A stretch of DNA of 64,000 bases from an uncultured cyanobacterium (GCA_963793425.1 CAWCAG010000005.1:704001-768000), one strand, 5' to 3'. Positions 51,640 to 61,882 are shown, counted from the first letter of the stretch. Notes: a model not told the origin generated them from the sequence alone. Numbers and translations: made by a program.

Positions 51640-52595
51640 CTAACTACTAATTCGACATCTCCAACCCTTAACAATTTCCCTTAATTCCGGAGATAACCAA
51701 TCATCATATTGAGGATATAAAGGTAAACGTGGCGCAAGCTGCCAACCTTCTGAAGCAACAATCTTGCCTAGGGATTGAGGAGTAGGATGGGGATAACTGG
51801 GGTTAACTTCATCCTTGGGCCAATTCCCCCTAAATCCCTTGCTCCAGCTTCTAAGCATTGATGTAAAAAGCTTGGTTCATCTATTAAATTAGGGGGAATT
51901 TGAATTGTAATACTGCTAGGAAGAATGGCGCGGGCTGTAGCAATAACTTCCGGTAATTGGTAAAGGTTAAAAGCTGGTGCAGAGAAACTCTGTTGCTGAC
52001 CAGGACTGTGGGGTTGTAGAATAACCTCTTGAATATGACCATAGTGTTGTTGAACAAGTGCGATCGCCTCCAAAGTTTCTTGCCAATCTTCGGGTGTTTC
52101 ACCAATTCCCAACAACATACCTGTAGTGAAGGGAATTCTTAACTTTCCTGCTAACTCTAATTGTGCAAGGCGTAACCCTGGTTCTTTACTAGGGGCGTGA
52201 ATATGTACAGTTTTGCTTAATCTAGGAGTTAACTGCTCTAACATCAAACCTAAAGAAACGTTAACTTCCTTTAACTTACACATCTCTTCTTCTTTTAATG
52301 GCCCAACATTAGTATGGGGCAGAAAACCGAGGGAAAGTGCTAACCGACAAAGATCGTAGATTCTTTGTAACCAAGCTTTTCTCCTAGGGGAGTGAGGATG
52401 TACTTCCCCACTTAAAATAAGAATTTCACAAATTCCCTGAGAAGAGAGACTTGCTAGTTTCTCTTTTGCTTCAGACAAACTCAACCAACCTCCTTCACCA
52501 GGCTCTTGGCGAAAGTTGCAATAACTACAGCGATTAAAGCACTCGTAAGTAGGAACGATTGTATAGGCTGGGGAGTATGTTATTTTGAGACTCAT
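51640..52595 (-). pseudogene. cofG: FO synthase subunit CofG, frameshifted near 51817
   Basis: Radical SAM motif CFNRCSYC; ARDLGGIGP continues in the -1 frame as KDEVNP...RLPLYPQY. Confidence 0.85.
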
Positions 52596-52640
52596 AAACT
52601 TAACTAATAATTTACTTAAGACAACTTTATTTAAGATTCC

Positions 52641-52669
52641 TTTACATTGTTTAATGGAGCTGTTAGTAT
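52641..52669 (+). promoter_or_regulatory. psbA promoter
   Basis: TTTACA-N17-TAGTAT about 100 nt upstream of psbA. Confidence 0.7.
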
Positions 52670-52766
52670 TAGTTCATAAGCAAGTTAAACAAACTTAAAA
52701 GTCTAAACAACCGGAAAGTTAAATAAACCTTGCTCTCATATATCATTCACGCAATTATACTGAACC

Positions 52767-53849
52767 ATGACAACTACATTACAACGTAGCCAAAGCGCAA
52801 GCTCTTGGGAACGGTTTTGCAGTTGGATCACCAGCACCGAAAACCGCCTCTATGTAGGTTGGTTTGGAGTCTTAATGATCCCAACTCTGTTAGCCGCCAC
52901 CACTTGCTTTTTAATCGCCTTCGTCGCAGCACCTCCTGTAGACATAGACGGAATCCGCGAACCAGTAGCAGGTTCATTACTTTATGGAAACAACATCATC
53001 TCTGGTGCAGTTGTTCCATCATCTAATGCCATCGGCTTACACTTCTACCCAATTTGGGAAGCAGCCTCTCTTGATGAGTGGTTGTATAACGGTGGTCCTT
53101 ACCAGCTAGTGATTTTCCACTTCCTCATTGGCATATTTGCTTACATGGGAAGAGAGTGGGAACTATCCTACCGCTTAGGAATGCGTCCTTGGATCTGTGT
53201 AGCTTACTCTGCTCCAGTAGCAGCAGCAAGTGCAGTATTCCTAATCTACCCATTAGGACAAGGAAGCTTCTCAGATGGAATGCCTTTAGGTATATCCGGA
53301 ACCTTCAACTTCATGTTTGTCTTCCAAGCAGAACACAACATCTTAATGCACCCCTTCCATATGTTGGGAGTAGCGGGTGTATTTGGTGGAGCATTATTCA
53401 GTGCCATGCACGGAAGCTTGGTCACCTCTAGCTTAGTAAGAGAAACCACCGAAACCGAATCACAGAACTACGGTTACAAATTCGGACAAGAAGAAGAAAC
53501 CTACAACATTGTTGCAGCACACGGTTATTTTGGTCGTCTAATCTTCCAATATGCCTCCTTCAACAACAGTCGTAGCCTTCACTTCCTCTTAGGAGCATGG
53601 CCAGTAGTAGGAATCTGGTTCACCGCATTAGGAATCTCGACAATGGCGTTTAACCTCAACGGATTCAACTTCAACCAGTCGATACTAGATTCACAAGGTC
53701 ATGTAGTCAACACCTGGGCTGATGTATTAAACCGCGCCAACTTAGGCTTTGAAGTAATGCACGAGCGCAATGCTCACAACTTCCCCTTAGATTTAGCAGC
53801 AGGCGAGTCTACACCAGTAGCTCTCACTGCCCCAGCTATCAACGGTTAA
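52767..53849 (+). CDS. psbA: Photosystem II D1 protein (Glu130 form)
   Basis: 360 aa; [20 protein letters not shown] and [13 protein letters not shown] motifs. Confidence 0.99.
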   Translation: MTTTLQRSQSASSWERFCSWITSTENRLYVGWFGVLMIPTLLAATTCFLIAFVAAPPVDIDGIREPVAGSLLYGNNIISGAVVPSSNAIGLHFYPIWEAASLDEWLYNGGPYQLVIFHFLIGIFAYMGREWELSYRLGMRPWICVAYSAPVAAASAVFLIYPLGQGSFSDGMPLGISGTFNFMFVFQAEHNILMHPFHMLGVAGVFGGALFSAMHGSLVTSSLVRETTETESQNYGYKFGQEEETYNIVAAHGYFGRLIFQYASFNNSRSLHFLLGAWPVVGIWFTALGISTMAFNLNGFNFNQSILDSQGHVVNTWADVLNRANLGFEVMHERNAHNFPLDLAAGESTPVALTAPAING

Positions 53850-53885
53850 GTTGCAATGCTTACAATTAAATAATACCTAAATAAC

Positions 53886-53921
53886 AAAAAGCGTCCTCCC
53901 AATACGGAGGGCGCTTTTTTT
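53886..53921. terminator. Bidirectional intrinsic terminator
   Basis: AAAAA-GCGTCCTCC-loop-GGAGGGCGC-TTTTTTT between convergent genes. Confidence 0.85.
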
Positions 53922-53938
53922 GATAGAGATAAATGATG

Positions 53939-54364
53939 CTACGAACTTTTACCAAACAATTTAAAGACTTGTTGGCAAAAATGTTTGAGCTTTTCTTTTG
54001 CTTCTTCCGTGGGAGGAGATTTACCGACAAACTGCCAGTTATCTACTGTAGAAAGCCGCCAAGCTTCTCCTTGGTGATTAAATCCGGCTGTTTCTAAACC
54101 AATGAGTCCGGGAGTATCATCTAAAGGATCTTGGTGAAAGCGGATTTGGACTAAGATACTACGACTTTGAAAGCGTCTACTCCAACCAGGAAAATGAAAG
54201 CCAATATCAATAGAATCTGGATCAATAAGCTCAATGGTTTCAGGATCATTTTTCCAGGGTTTCAAGTCAGCTTTGGCATCAGGAAATTCTCTTTTAAATA
54301 AGTTGACAATTGCAGCAATTTTTGCAGTAGCTTCTAAACCTTTAGCTTGTTCTGCGGCGTTCAT
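53939..54364 (-). CDS. Conserved cyanobacterial hypothetical protein
   Basis: Intact 141-aa ORF; DPDSIDIGFHFPG; upstream AGGAG Shine-Dalgarno. Confidence 0.75.
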   Translation of the reverse strand: MNAAEQAKGLEATAKIAAIVNLFKREFPDAKADLKPWKNDPETIELIDPDSIDIGFHFPGWSRRFQSRSILVQIRFHQDPLDDTPGLIGLETAGFNHQGEAWRLSTVDNWQFVGKSPPTEEAKEKLKHFCQQVFKLFGKSS

Positions 54365-54454
54365 AATTACTCTCCTCTATAAATATGTTGATCTATTGAT
54401 AATCAACTAGAGTAAGGGAAGATTTTCTCAAAAGTAGAGCAATTGCCAACCAAA

Positions 54455-54889
54455 TTAGTGCTTTTTTTCTCTTTCATCTAAAGAATTTAATAACAACATA
54501 GCTTCATTGGTAGCTTGGACTACAGTTTGTTCCATGTTCATTTTTTCTGTCATATCTTCAAAAAAGACAATTAGTTCCTGATCTTTTTTCTTGTACTGAT
54601 CACGAAAAATATAGAGATCAAAATATAAAGGAGTTCCGTCAGCAAGAATTCTAGCAATGCCTTTACACTCAAAACTAGTACGCTGACCAATTAAGATTTC
54701 CCTAATAGCATCCTCAGCACCTACCAATTCGGGAAATCCTTGGCGGGCATCTTTGCCTAATTCAACTTGGGCTGGTTTATCCGCAAATGTGTTAACTCCA
54801 GAAGAAAGGTTAGCTAGCTTAAACTCTCCATCTATAGTGAGGTATTCTATGTCAGGCAAAGATATTAGTTTGTCGAAAAGAGAATTCAT
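54455..54889 (-). CDS. Stand-alone PAS-like domain protein
   Basis: FPELVG...FFEDMTE pattern followed by a short coiled coil. Confidence 0.55.
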   Translation of the reverse strand: MNSLFDKLISLPDIEYLTIDGEFKLANLSSGVNTFADKPAQVELGKDARQGFPELVGAEDAIREILIGQRTSFECKGIARILADGTPLYFDLYIFRDQYKKKDQELIVFFEDMTEKMNMEQTVVQATNEAMLLLNSLDEREKKH

Positions 54890-55193
54890 GGCATTAAATT
54901 GAGCTGATTAGCCAATTTACTGTATTACACTTTACAAGCTGGCAATTTCTTGATAAATAAAAGCGCCCAAATATATTTTTCCCTACTAGGTAGAATTGCC
55001 AACAATCAGAAATTAAAAAATTAGTGGTAAGAAACTCTTACGATTCATAGTTTAACCGATCTTTTGACTAAGCTTGCTTAAAGTCTACACTAACAGGTAA
55101 TCTAAGCTGTCATAGACTTAGTTGATTAAATTTTGATTTTTTAAAAAACTCAATAGTTAAAAAGCGAGAGAAAAAGAGGTTAATAAATTACTA

Positions 55194-56042
55194 GTGTCTC
55201 TAACTGAAAAAAAGCTAGAAGTAGACTCCCTGTCATGGTTTTATCGAGAGATACAACCTAAAAATAAAAGCGACAAAACCCCCACGATTTTTCTCCACGG
55301 TATTCCTTCTCAAAGTTTCACCTGGTGCGAAACCATGGACTATTTAGCTGAAAAAGGATTGCCGGCGATCGCACCAGATTGGATTGGTTCGGGTTTTTCT
55401 GCCCAACCAGATGTCAGGGATTTTCCTTATACCCGTGATGCTTTTGTCAGGGCTTTAGGCAATCTTATTAAAGCTTGGAAAATTGAGCAATTTAACTTAG
55501 TTATTGAAGGCTTTTTATTAGGGTCTATGGGTTTGTTATACGCCCTGAACAACCCAGAAAAGATTGAGCGTTTAGTTATTCTTAATAGCCCCATAACTAC
55601 CACAGCAAAGTTACCTTGGAAGATGAAACAATGGGGGCTTCCCTTTGTTGGGGATATGCTTACCCAAGATCCCCTTTTGGTAGATCGCACTTTAGAAGGT
55701 GGCAGTGGCTATGTGATTGGTGATAAAAATCTGGATGTATATCGTCGTCCTTTTCTCAAAAGTTCCGATGCTGGCAGGGCTTTAGTGGCGACGGTAAGAA
55801 ATTTACAAAAGCAAGATTATTTACCAGAAATTGAATTCGGTTTACGTAATTGGACTAAACCAGCTTTAATAATTTGGGGAACCGAAGATCCTTGGCTAGA
55901 TACGGCTGAGGCAGAAAAAGTTGCTAATCTTAATTCTCAGATTGAATTAGTCAAAATAAAAGAAGCTAAACATTATCCCCAAGAGCATTTTTCCTCAGAA
56001 GTTAGCGAAGTCATGAGCAATTTTCTCCGTCGTCAAATTTAA
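55194..56042 (+). CDS. Alpha/beta fold hydrolase (haloalkane-dehalogenase-like)
   Basis: FLHGIP, APDWIGSGFS, IIWGTEDPW and HYPQE motifs. Confidence 0.88.
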   Translation: MSLTEKKLEVDSLSWFYREIQPKNKSDKTPTIFLHGIPSQSFTWCETMDYLAEKGLPAIAPDWIGSGFSAQPDVRDFPYTRDAFVRALGNLIKAWKIEQFNLVIEGFLLGSMGLLYALNNPEKIERLVILNSPITTTAKLPWKMKQWGLPFVGDMLTQDPLLVDRTLEGGSGYVIGDKNLDVYRRPFLKSSDAGRALVATVRNLQKQDYLPEIEFGLRNWTKPALIIWGTEDPWLDTAEAEKVANLNSQIELVKIKEAKHYPQEHFSSEVSEVMSNFLRRQI

Positions 56043-56113
56043 TGCTAATTATTGCCAGTTACTAGTTGCTAATAGTTTTCTTCCGATTTCCGATTCCCTA
56101 TTCCTTGTTCTAA

Positions 56114-56863
56114 ATGTTTTTGGCAACAACACAAGTTGAACCGCGTCTGTTTTGGTTTTCAGCCCTCTTTGCCCTTAGTTTAGCCCTAGTTCATATTTAT
56201 GCAGGCAAACTAAAGTTTTTAGGTGGTGTTCCTCGTAGTTACTGGCTTTCTATGGCTAGTGGTGTGTCAGTAGCCTATGTTTTCGTACACCTACTACCTG
56301 ACTTAGGTGAAAAACAAATAACCATCAACCAAACAGGTATTTTGGGTTTTATTGAACACCACGTTTATTTATTAGCCCTTCTTGGTTTAAGTATTTTTTA
56401 TGGTTTAGAAAGTTTAGTTACAAAGTCTCAAAAAGAGCAAAATAATCTTGCCAAAGCAAAGATTTTCTGGCTTCATATTGGTTCTTTTGCTCTTTACAAT
56501 GCTCTAATTGGCTACTTACTACTCCATCGTGAAACCCCTGGCTTACTAAGCTTAATCTCATTTTTTGTCGCCATGGCTCTACATTTTCTGGTTAACGATT
56601 ATGGCTTGCGAGAAGACCATCAACAAAATTATCACAAAATTGGTCGCTGGATTTTAGCAGCAGCAATTATCATAGGGTGGGTAATTGGGGCAGGAACAGA
56701 AATTTCTGAGGCAGCGATCGCAGTTTTGTTTGCTTTCTTAGCAGGGGGCATTATCCTTAATATTTTGAAAGAAGAGTTACCCGAAGAGCGTAAGAGCCGT
56801 TTTTGGGCCTTTACTGTCGGTGTAGCTGCCTATACAGTAATTTTACTTGTTCTTGATACTTAA
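56114..56863 (+). CDS. Multi-pass membrane protein (ZIP-transporter-like)
   Basis: About 8 TM helices; GVSVAYVFVHLLP, ALHF and AFLAGGIILNILKEELP motifs. Confidence 0.7.
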   Translation: MFLATTQVEPRLFWFSALFALSLALVHIYAGKLKFLGGVPRSYWLSMASGVSVAYVFVHLLPDLGEKQITINQTGILGFIEHHVYLLALLGLSIFYGLESLVTKSQKEQNNLAKAKIFWLHIGSFALYNALIGYLLLHRETPGLLSLISFFVAMALHFLVNDYGLREDHQQNYHKIGRWILAAAIIIGWVIGAGTEISEAAIAVLFAFLAGGIILNILKEELPEERKSRFWAFTVGVAAYTVILLVLDT

Positions 56864-56992
56864 GATACCGGAACAATCAAAGTTAAAAGGGGTCTTTGGG
56901 TATCGTAGGAGCAAGGCTTTTCAACCTTTCTCCCTGTCACCTAGTCACCCCATTAACCCCAACAAGCAAATTAAATAGAGGAGAAAAGATTA

Positions 56993-58339
56993 ATGCTTTA
57001 TAGTGCAGTACGCCCCTTGTTATTATTGTTAGGAGCTAGTTCTTTTAATCTTTTGTTCGCTAATGTAAGTTGGGGGCAATCTTCTGTCACTGAAGAAGTA
57101 ATCACAGCAATTTTAGAAGCCCCTAATCTTCAAGAATCAACCCAGCCTCGTTACAGTACATTTGTCAATGAAGCTGGGCAACCCCTAGAAACAAAAACAG
57201 AACTTACTCAGAGGGGTGTTGATGCCATTGAAAAGGATAAATCAGTTTCTTTTTACTTCGGCCCTAAACAGCCTATACCCACAGTCTTACAAGGCCCCAC
57301 CCGCCCCCACCTCGTCGAAGCAGCCAATAACGTTGAAGGGGGTTTTAATGTTGTTGTGGGTTCCCAAGTAAAGCTTAGTGAAAATCAGTCTATTCAGGCA
57401 GAAATACGGGGTGGTAGTGCGGTATTAGGTGCAGATGTTAGCTATACTCAAACCTTTGATTCTCCTCAACAAGGTGTTAGTGCTAATATCTTTAATCAAC
57501 GTTCCTTTTCTCCTAGTTTTGAAGAAGGGGATCTTGATGTTAACTTACCAAATGGAGATACTCCTTGGGTACATCGTCTGGGAGGTGGTGTGGAATATTT
57601 CGCCCCAGTTACCCAACAAATTGACGGGGCTGCGGGCATAACTTATCAGCGAGTCTCAGCTAGAGATGGGGTATTTAGTTCTAATCTTCAACCGGTAGAT
57701 GAGTTTGGCAACCAGCTTACCGTCAGTAATAATGGGCAAGAAGATTTACTAACTCTAAATTTAGCTACTGAGTACGATACCCGTAACCGTGAGACGGATA
57801 CAACAGAAGGTACAAGGGTTCGGTTAGGGTTGGATCAAGCTGTTCCTGTCGGTGATGCTAGCATTGACTTTACTCGTCTCAAAGCTAACTACACCCAATA
57901 TGTTCCAGTCTCTCTTTTTGGTTTCCAAGAAGGGCCACGCACCTTGGTTGTCAACCTCCAAGGGGGACATATGTTTGGTGATGTACCGGCTTACGAAGCC
58001 TTCAACCCCACAGCCGTAGGTTTCAATGGGGGAGAAATCGCTACTAGTCGCAGTTTTATTCAAGGTAGCGCAGAATATCGCTTCCCTGTCTTTTCTTTCA
58101 TGGCTTTTGATGAAGATATTGATGTGGGGGGAATGTTTTTTGTTGACTATGCTAACAGCCTAGGAACCCAAGATGAGGTAATTGGCAAGCCTGGTATAGT
58201 TCGTAGTAAACCCGGAGAAGGTTTCGGTTATGGTTTGGGATTTCGAGCCGACTCTCCATTTGGTATCATCCGCATTGAATTTGGTTTAAATGATGATGGT
58301 GGTGGCAGAGTTAATGTTGGTATTGGGGAAAGGTTTTAG
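56993..58339 (+). CDS. Omp85/BamA-TamA family beta-barrel protein lacking POTRA domains
   Basis: Signal peptide; YDTRN, AEYRFP, SPFGIIRIE and C-terminal GIGERF; only 448 aa. Confidence 0.85.
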   Translation: MLYSAVRPLLLLLGASSFNLLFANVSWGQSSVTEEVITAILEAPNLQESTQPRYSTFVNEAGQPLETKTELTQRGVDAIEKDKSVSFYFGPKQPIPTVLQGPTRPHLVEAANNVEGGFNVVVGSQVKLSENQSIQAEIRGGSAVLGADVSYTQTFDSPQQGVSANIFNQRSFSPSFEEGDLDVNLPNGDTPWVHRLGGGVEYFAPVTQQIDGAAGITYQRVSARDGVFSSNLQPVDEFGNQLTVSNNGQEDLLTLNLATEYDTRNRETDTTEGTRVRLGLDQAVPVGDASIDFTRLKANYTQYVPVSLFGFQEGPRTLVVNLQGGHMFGDVPAYEAFNPTAVGFNGGEIATSRSFIQGSAEYRFPVFSFMAFDEDIDVGGMFFVDYANSLGTQDEVIGKPGIVRSKPGEGFGYGLGFRADSPFGIIRIEFGLNDDGGGRVNVGIGERF

Positions 58340-58412
58340 TTTTGCTAATTGTTAATTGCTAGTGGCTAGTGGCTAGTTGCTGACAGGGAATATTACTTAT
58401 TAGTTTTCCCCC

Positions 58413-59195
58413 TCACCTATAGCTAAGGCTGATTGTACCAGGCGATCGCAAAACTTCTACCCCAGCACCAAGAGAGTTGAGGCGAATTTTTAAATCTCCT
58501 TGGGCTGTGACTCCAACTACTGTACCGGGAAAACCATCCACTAAAACCTTACGTCCTTTGCTACTTAGCATTTGTAAATAGGAGGGCAATATCTTTTCTA
58601 TACCTATCGCTAAGTATTGTTGGTATCCCCAGATAATGCCGTGGGCTACCACCGCCGCCAAACTTTCTAAGGAAGTAATTTGCGATCGCGGTTGTAAGTT
58701 AATACCTGTTTCTGGTACAGAATTTTGCCAGTTTATGCCAACACCAATTACTGCTTGGGTAATATGCCCATTTTGAATACGAGTTTCGCTGAGAATTCCC
58801 CCTAGTTTTTTCTGATTTAGAAGTAAATCATTAGGCCATTTTAGGTTAACAGGAACAGCTTTTGACCGCAAAGCTTGAGCAATGCCCCAACCACTACAGA
58901 GAGTTAATTGATGACTATTGGTAGCTGGTAATTGTGTAGATAAAGCCAAAGATAAGTACAAACCTCCCCATGAAGACTGCCACTGTCTTCCCCACTGACC
59001 TTTGCCCGCAGTTTGTTGTCCGGCTATAACCACTCTGGGGAGAGGTTTTCCTTCATTCAGAAGTTGCCAAAGTTTTTGGTTAGTGGAAGGGAGAGAGGGA
59101 AAGTAATCTAAGGGCAAATCAAAAGTTTCTTCACCCCATAACTTTTGTCGAGTTTCCCGAAAAGTTTGCTTATTAAATTGCACCACGGTTTTCAA
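58413..59195 (-). CDS. birA: Biotin--acetyl-CoA-carboxylase ligase
   Basis: STN, QTAGKGQWGRQW, KWPND and KLGGIL motifs. Confidence 0.93.
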   Translation of the reverse strand: MKTVVQFNKQTFRETRQKLWGEETFDLPLDYFPSLPSTNQKLWQLLNEGKPLPRVVIAGQQTAGKGQWGRQWQSSWGGLYLSLALSTQLPATNSHQLTLCSGWGIAQALRSKAVPVNLKWPNDLLLNQKKLGGILSETRIQNGHITQAVIGVGINWQNSVPETGINLQPRSQITSLESLAAVVAHGIIWGYQQYLAIGIEKILPSYLQMLSSKGRKVLVDGFPGTVVGVTAQGDLKIRLNSLGAGVEVLRSPGTISLSYR

Positions 59196-59220
59196 TGATC
59201 AATGTACGGCTTGTCACTGT

Positions 59221-59280
59221 GTAGGGGCGATCCGTTTGCCGAGTATTTTTAATAAAACAGAGTTTAAATTGGATCGCCCT
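59221..59280. repeat. REP-like inverted repeat (GTAG family)
   Basis: GTAGGGGCGATCC...GGATCGCCCT. Confidence 0.65.
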
Positions 59281-59310
59281 TTGCTTATCAATGAAACAGG
59301 GCAAATAATC

Positions 59311-59365
59311 AATGATTAATGTTTAATGATAAATGATAAATGTTTAATGTTTAATGATAAATGCT
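59311..59365. repeat. STRR heptamer array (AATG-A/T-T-T/A)n
   Basis: About 7 tandem AATGTTT/AATGATA units. Other STRRs occur near 11086, 18283, 43470, 47313 and 58340. Confidence 0.8.
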
Positions 59366-60203
59366 AAATGAAAAGGTTTCTGGTTGGCAATGGCAGACTT
59401 GGCAAGGGCTACCTTATTTAACCTGTGATTTGTTACAACAATGGCAGCATGGCTTTTTTACTCAGCAATTTTGTCCTCAGCTTCCCGAAGAGATAGTTGC
59501 TGTGTTTGATCCTCAATACCAAGCTTATCGCGTTAAACAAGTTCATGGTTCGCGAGTGATGACACCATGGGAAATTGAGGCAGCACAACAAGAAGGTTCA
59601 TTAATAGCAGAAAATGGTTATCCTCCTGCTGATGCTATTTTTACCGACCAACCCCAACAAGCCGTTTTTGTAGCTAGTGCTGATTGTACTCCAGTTTTGA
59701 TTGGGGATCTTAAAAGTAATAAGGTTGCGGCTATTCATGCTGGTTGGCGAGGGACAGCTAAAAGAATTGTTCCTGAAGCGATCGCCCGTTTTGTTGCTTC
59801 TGGCAGTAATCTTGAAGATTTGCGAATTGCCATGGGGCCTGCTATTGCTGGGGAAGTTTATCAGGTTTCGGAGAAAGTTGCCACAGAAGTTGGGGCAAGT
59901 GTTGTTGATTCTCCTGAAGCAATTTTAACTACTCTGCTACAGTTACCCAATTCTCCTATACTCCCAGATACTCACCCTAATCGAGTCAAACTTGATGTGC
60001 GACGTATTAATGCCCTGCAACTTGAAGGTTTAGGCATTAATCAAGAACAAGTAGTGATCGCCCCTCACTGCACTTATCAGCAGCCAGAATACTTTTTCTC
60101 TTACCGTCGTAGCAAAGAAAAGAAGGTTCAATGGTCAGGTATTGCTAGTATGAAGAATGGGTTTGAGAGTCGAGACTCAAAGCCCCTGCCCCAGCATAAA
60201 TAG
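59361..60203 (+). CDS. pgeF: Peptidoglycan editing factor PgeF (YfiH)
   Basis: QVHG, ADCTPV, AIHAGWRG and FFSYRR motifs. Confidence 0.92.
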   Translation: MLNEKVSGWQWQTWQGLPYLTCDLLQQWQHGFFTQQFCPQLPEEIVAVFDPQYQAYRVKQVHGSRVMTPWEIEAAQQEGSLIAENGYPPADAIFTDQPQQAVFVASADCTPVLIGDLKSNKVAAIHAGWRGTAKRIVPEAIARFVASGSNLEDLRIAMGPAIAGEVYQVSEKVATEVGASVVDSPEAILTTLLQLPNSPILPDTHPNRVKLDVRRINALQLEGLGINQEQVVIAPHCTYQQPEYFFSYRRSKEKKVQWSGIASMKNGFESRDSKPLPQHK

Positions 60204-60528
60204 TCATTAGTAAACCGCCAATCAGGGCCAAGTTTTTGAGAAAATTGTTTATTTCTCCTGGGACGGCAGGATTATGAAAAACTAGGGTGGCAGGAATCAA
60301 GAAGATAATTAATAAAATTGCACCAATACGAACTTTATAACCCAATACTAAGGATAATCCCCCTACTAGCTGAAAGATAATCGTAAATGCCAACAATAAG
60401 CCAGCCAAAGGTAAACCTTTATTTGCCATCATTTGTTGAGTTTCTGCGAAACCGAGAATTTTGCCGATTCCAGAGTTTAAGAAGATTATGGCTAAGAAAA
60501 TGCGTCCAGCTAAAGGAATATAATTCAT
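60145..60528 (-). CDS. DoxX family membrane protein
   Basis: GRIFLAIIFL..G.GK, FLKNLALIGG and GAGALSLD motifs. Confidence 0.88.
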   Translation of the reverse strand: MNYIPLAGRIFLAIIFLNSGIGKILGFAETQQMMANKGLPLAGLLLAFTIIFQLVGGLSLVLGYKVRIGAILLIIFLIPATLVFHNPAVPGEINNFLKNLALIGGLLMTIYAGAGALSLDSQTHSSY

Positions 60529-60850
60529 TTTTTTATTATCGATTACTAAGGATGTCTAAAGGTAACGGTATAACTAATCCTCTTGATTATCAGTTCAAAA
60601 CTGACCTAGAGATTTAAAGTATTAGGCAAAATCCCAGTCTTAATTGGTAGCCAGGAATGTTATGCTGTTTTCTTTGAGGTTGGTAACAAAAAGAACAGAC
60701 AAATTAGATTTCAAACAAGTACCTACTAACCTTCTAACCTAATGATTTATTGCTAACAATTAAAATCCTCCTTGAGAAGGAATTTATGACTGAGCTTCAG
60801 CAATAAAAATATGGTGATGCAATCTAGAAATTTCCGACCTAATAAATATA

Positions 60851-61810
60851 ATGTCAGTTAATAAAGTGCAACCGAAATTAATTATTCATGGTGGAGCAGG
60901 AAGCTCCTTACAAGATCCAAAAGGAATTCAAGCTATACGCGAAGTACTTCACGGCATAGTTAAGGAAATTTATACGGCTCTATTAAACAATATTAGCGCG
61001 ACTGAGGCCGTAATTTTAGGTTGTCAGTTATTAGAAGATAATTCTCGTTTCAATGCCGGAACAGGTTCAGTTTTGCAGTCTGATGGGCAAATTCGCATGA
61101 GTGCCGCTTTAATGGAAGGAAGTAGCCAGCGTTTTAGTGGCGTGATTAATGTTTCCCGTGTACAACATCCTATTGATTTAGCCTCTGCTTTGCAAAAAGA
61201 AACTGACCGCATCCTCTCTGATTTTGGTGCAGCAGAATTATCACGAGAACTAAATTTACCTATATACGATCCCTTAACGGATCTACGCTTGCAAGAATGG
61301 ATGCAAGAAAGACGGAATAATTTCCAAAGGGCAATGGCTGGGGTGGTAGCAGAAACTGAATTAGCCTCCCCTAGTGAAGCAAGAAGGGGTACTATTGGTG
61401 TTGTAGTCCTCGATTGCTTGGGGAACCTGGCGGTAGGCACTTCCACAGGGGGTAAAGGATTAGAGCGTATTGGTAGAGTCAGCGACTCAGCTATGCCAGC
61501 AGGAAACTATGCTACAAGTAAAGCTGCTGTTAGCTGCACTGGAATAGGTGAAGACATCATTGATGAATGTTTAGCAGCTAAAGTGGTGATTAGAGTTAGT
61601 GATGGTATGTCTTTAGAAAAAGCCATGGAACGTTCTTTTGCAGAATGTAAAGAGAACCAAAGAGACTTAGGTGCAATATCAATAGAAGCTGATGGTACAA
61701 TATCTTGGGGCAAAACCAGTGAGGTTTTGCTAGCTGCTTACCATAACGGTGAAGATGTTGGCGATACCCTAGAATGGGACGGTGATGGCAAGTTGGTAGG
61801 AACCACTTAG
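60851..61810 (+). CDS. iaaA: Isoaspartyl peptidase/L-asparaginase (Ntn hydrolase)
   Basis: IHGGAG, FNAG, GTIG, TSTGG, GRVSD and TGIGE motifs. Confidence 0.9.
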   Translation: MSVNKVQPKLIIHGGAGSSLQDPKGIQAIREVLHGIVKEIYTALLNNISATEAVILGCQLLEDNSRFNAGTGSVLQSDGQIRMSAALMEGSSQRFSGVINVSRVQHPIDLASALQKETDRILSDFGAAELSRELNLPIYDPLTDLRLQEWMQERRNNFQRAMAGVVAETELASPSEARRGTIGVVVLDCLGNLAVGTSTGGKGLERIGRVSDSAMPAGNYATSKAAVSCTGIGEDIIDECLAAKVVIRVSDGMSLEKAMERSFAECKENQRDLGAISIEADGTISWGKTSEVLLAAYHNGEDVGDTLEWDGDGKLVGTT

Positions 61811-61882
61811 GTTTGCTGTTAAAAGAGACACGGCAAATACAAAGAGAAATTATGCCGTGTCCAAAGGAGAGGCTCTATCTTT

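Noticed and set aside
60683..60696. GTA-N8-AAC near-NtcA site upstream of iaaA
   Set aside because: It mismatches GTA-N8-TAC and has no convincing -10 box at the expected spacing.
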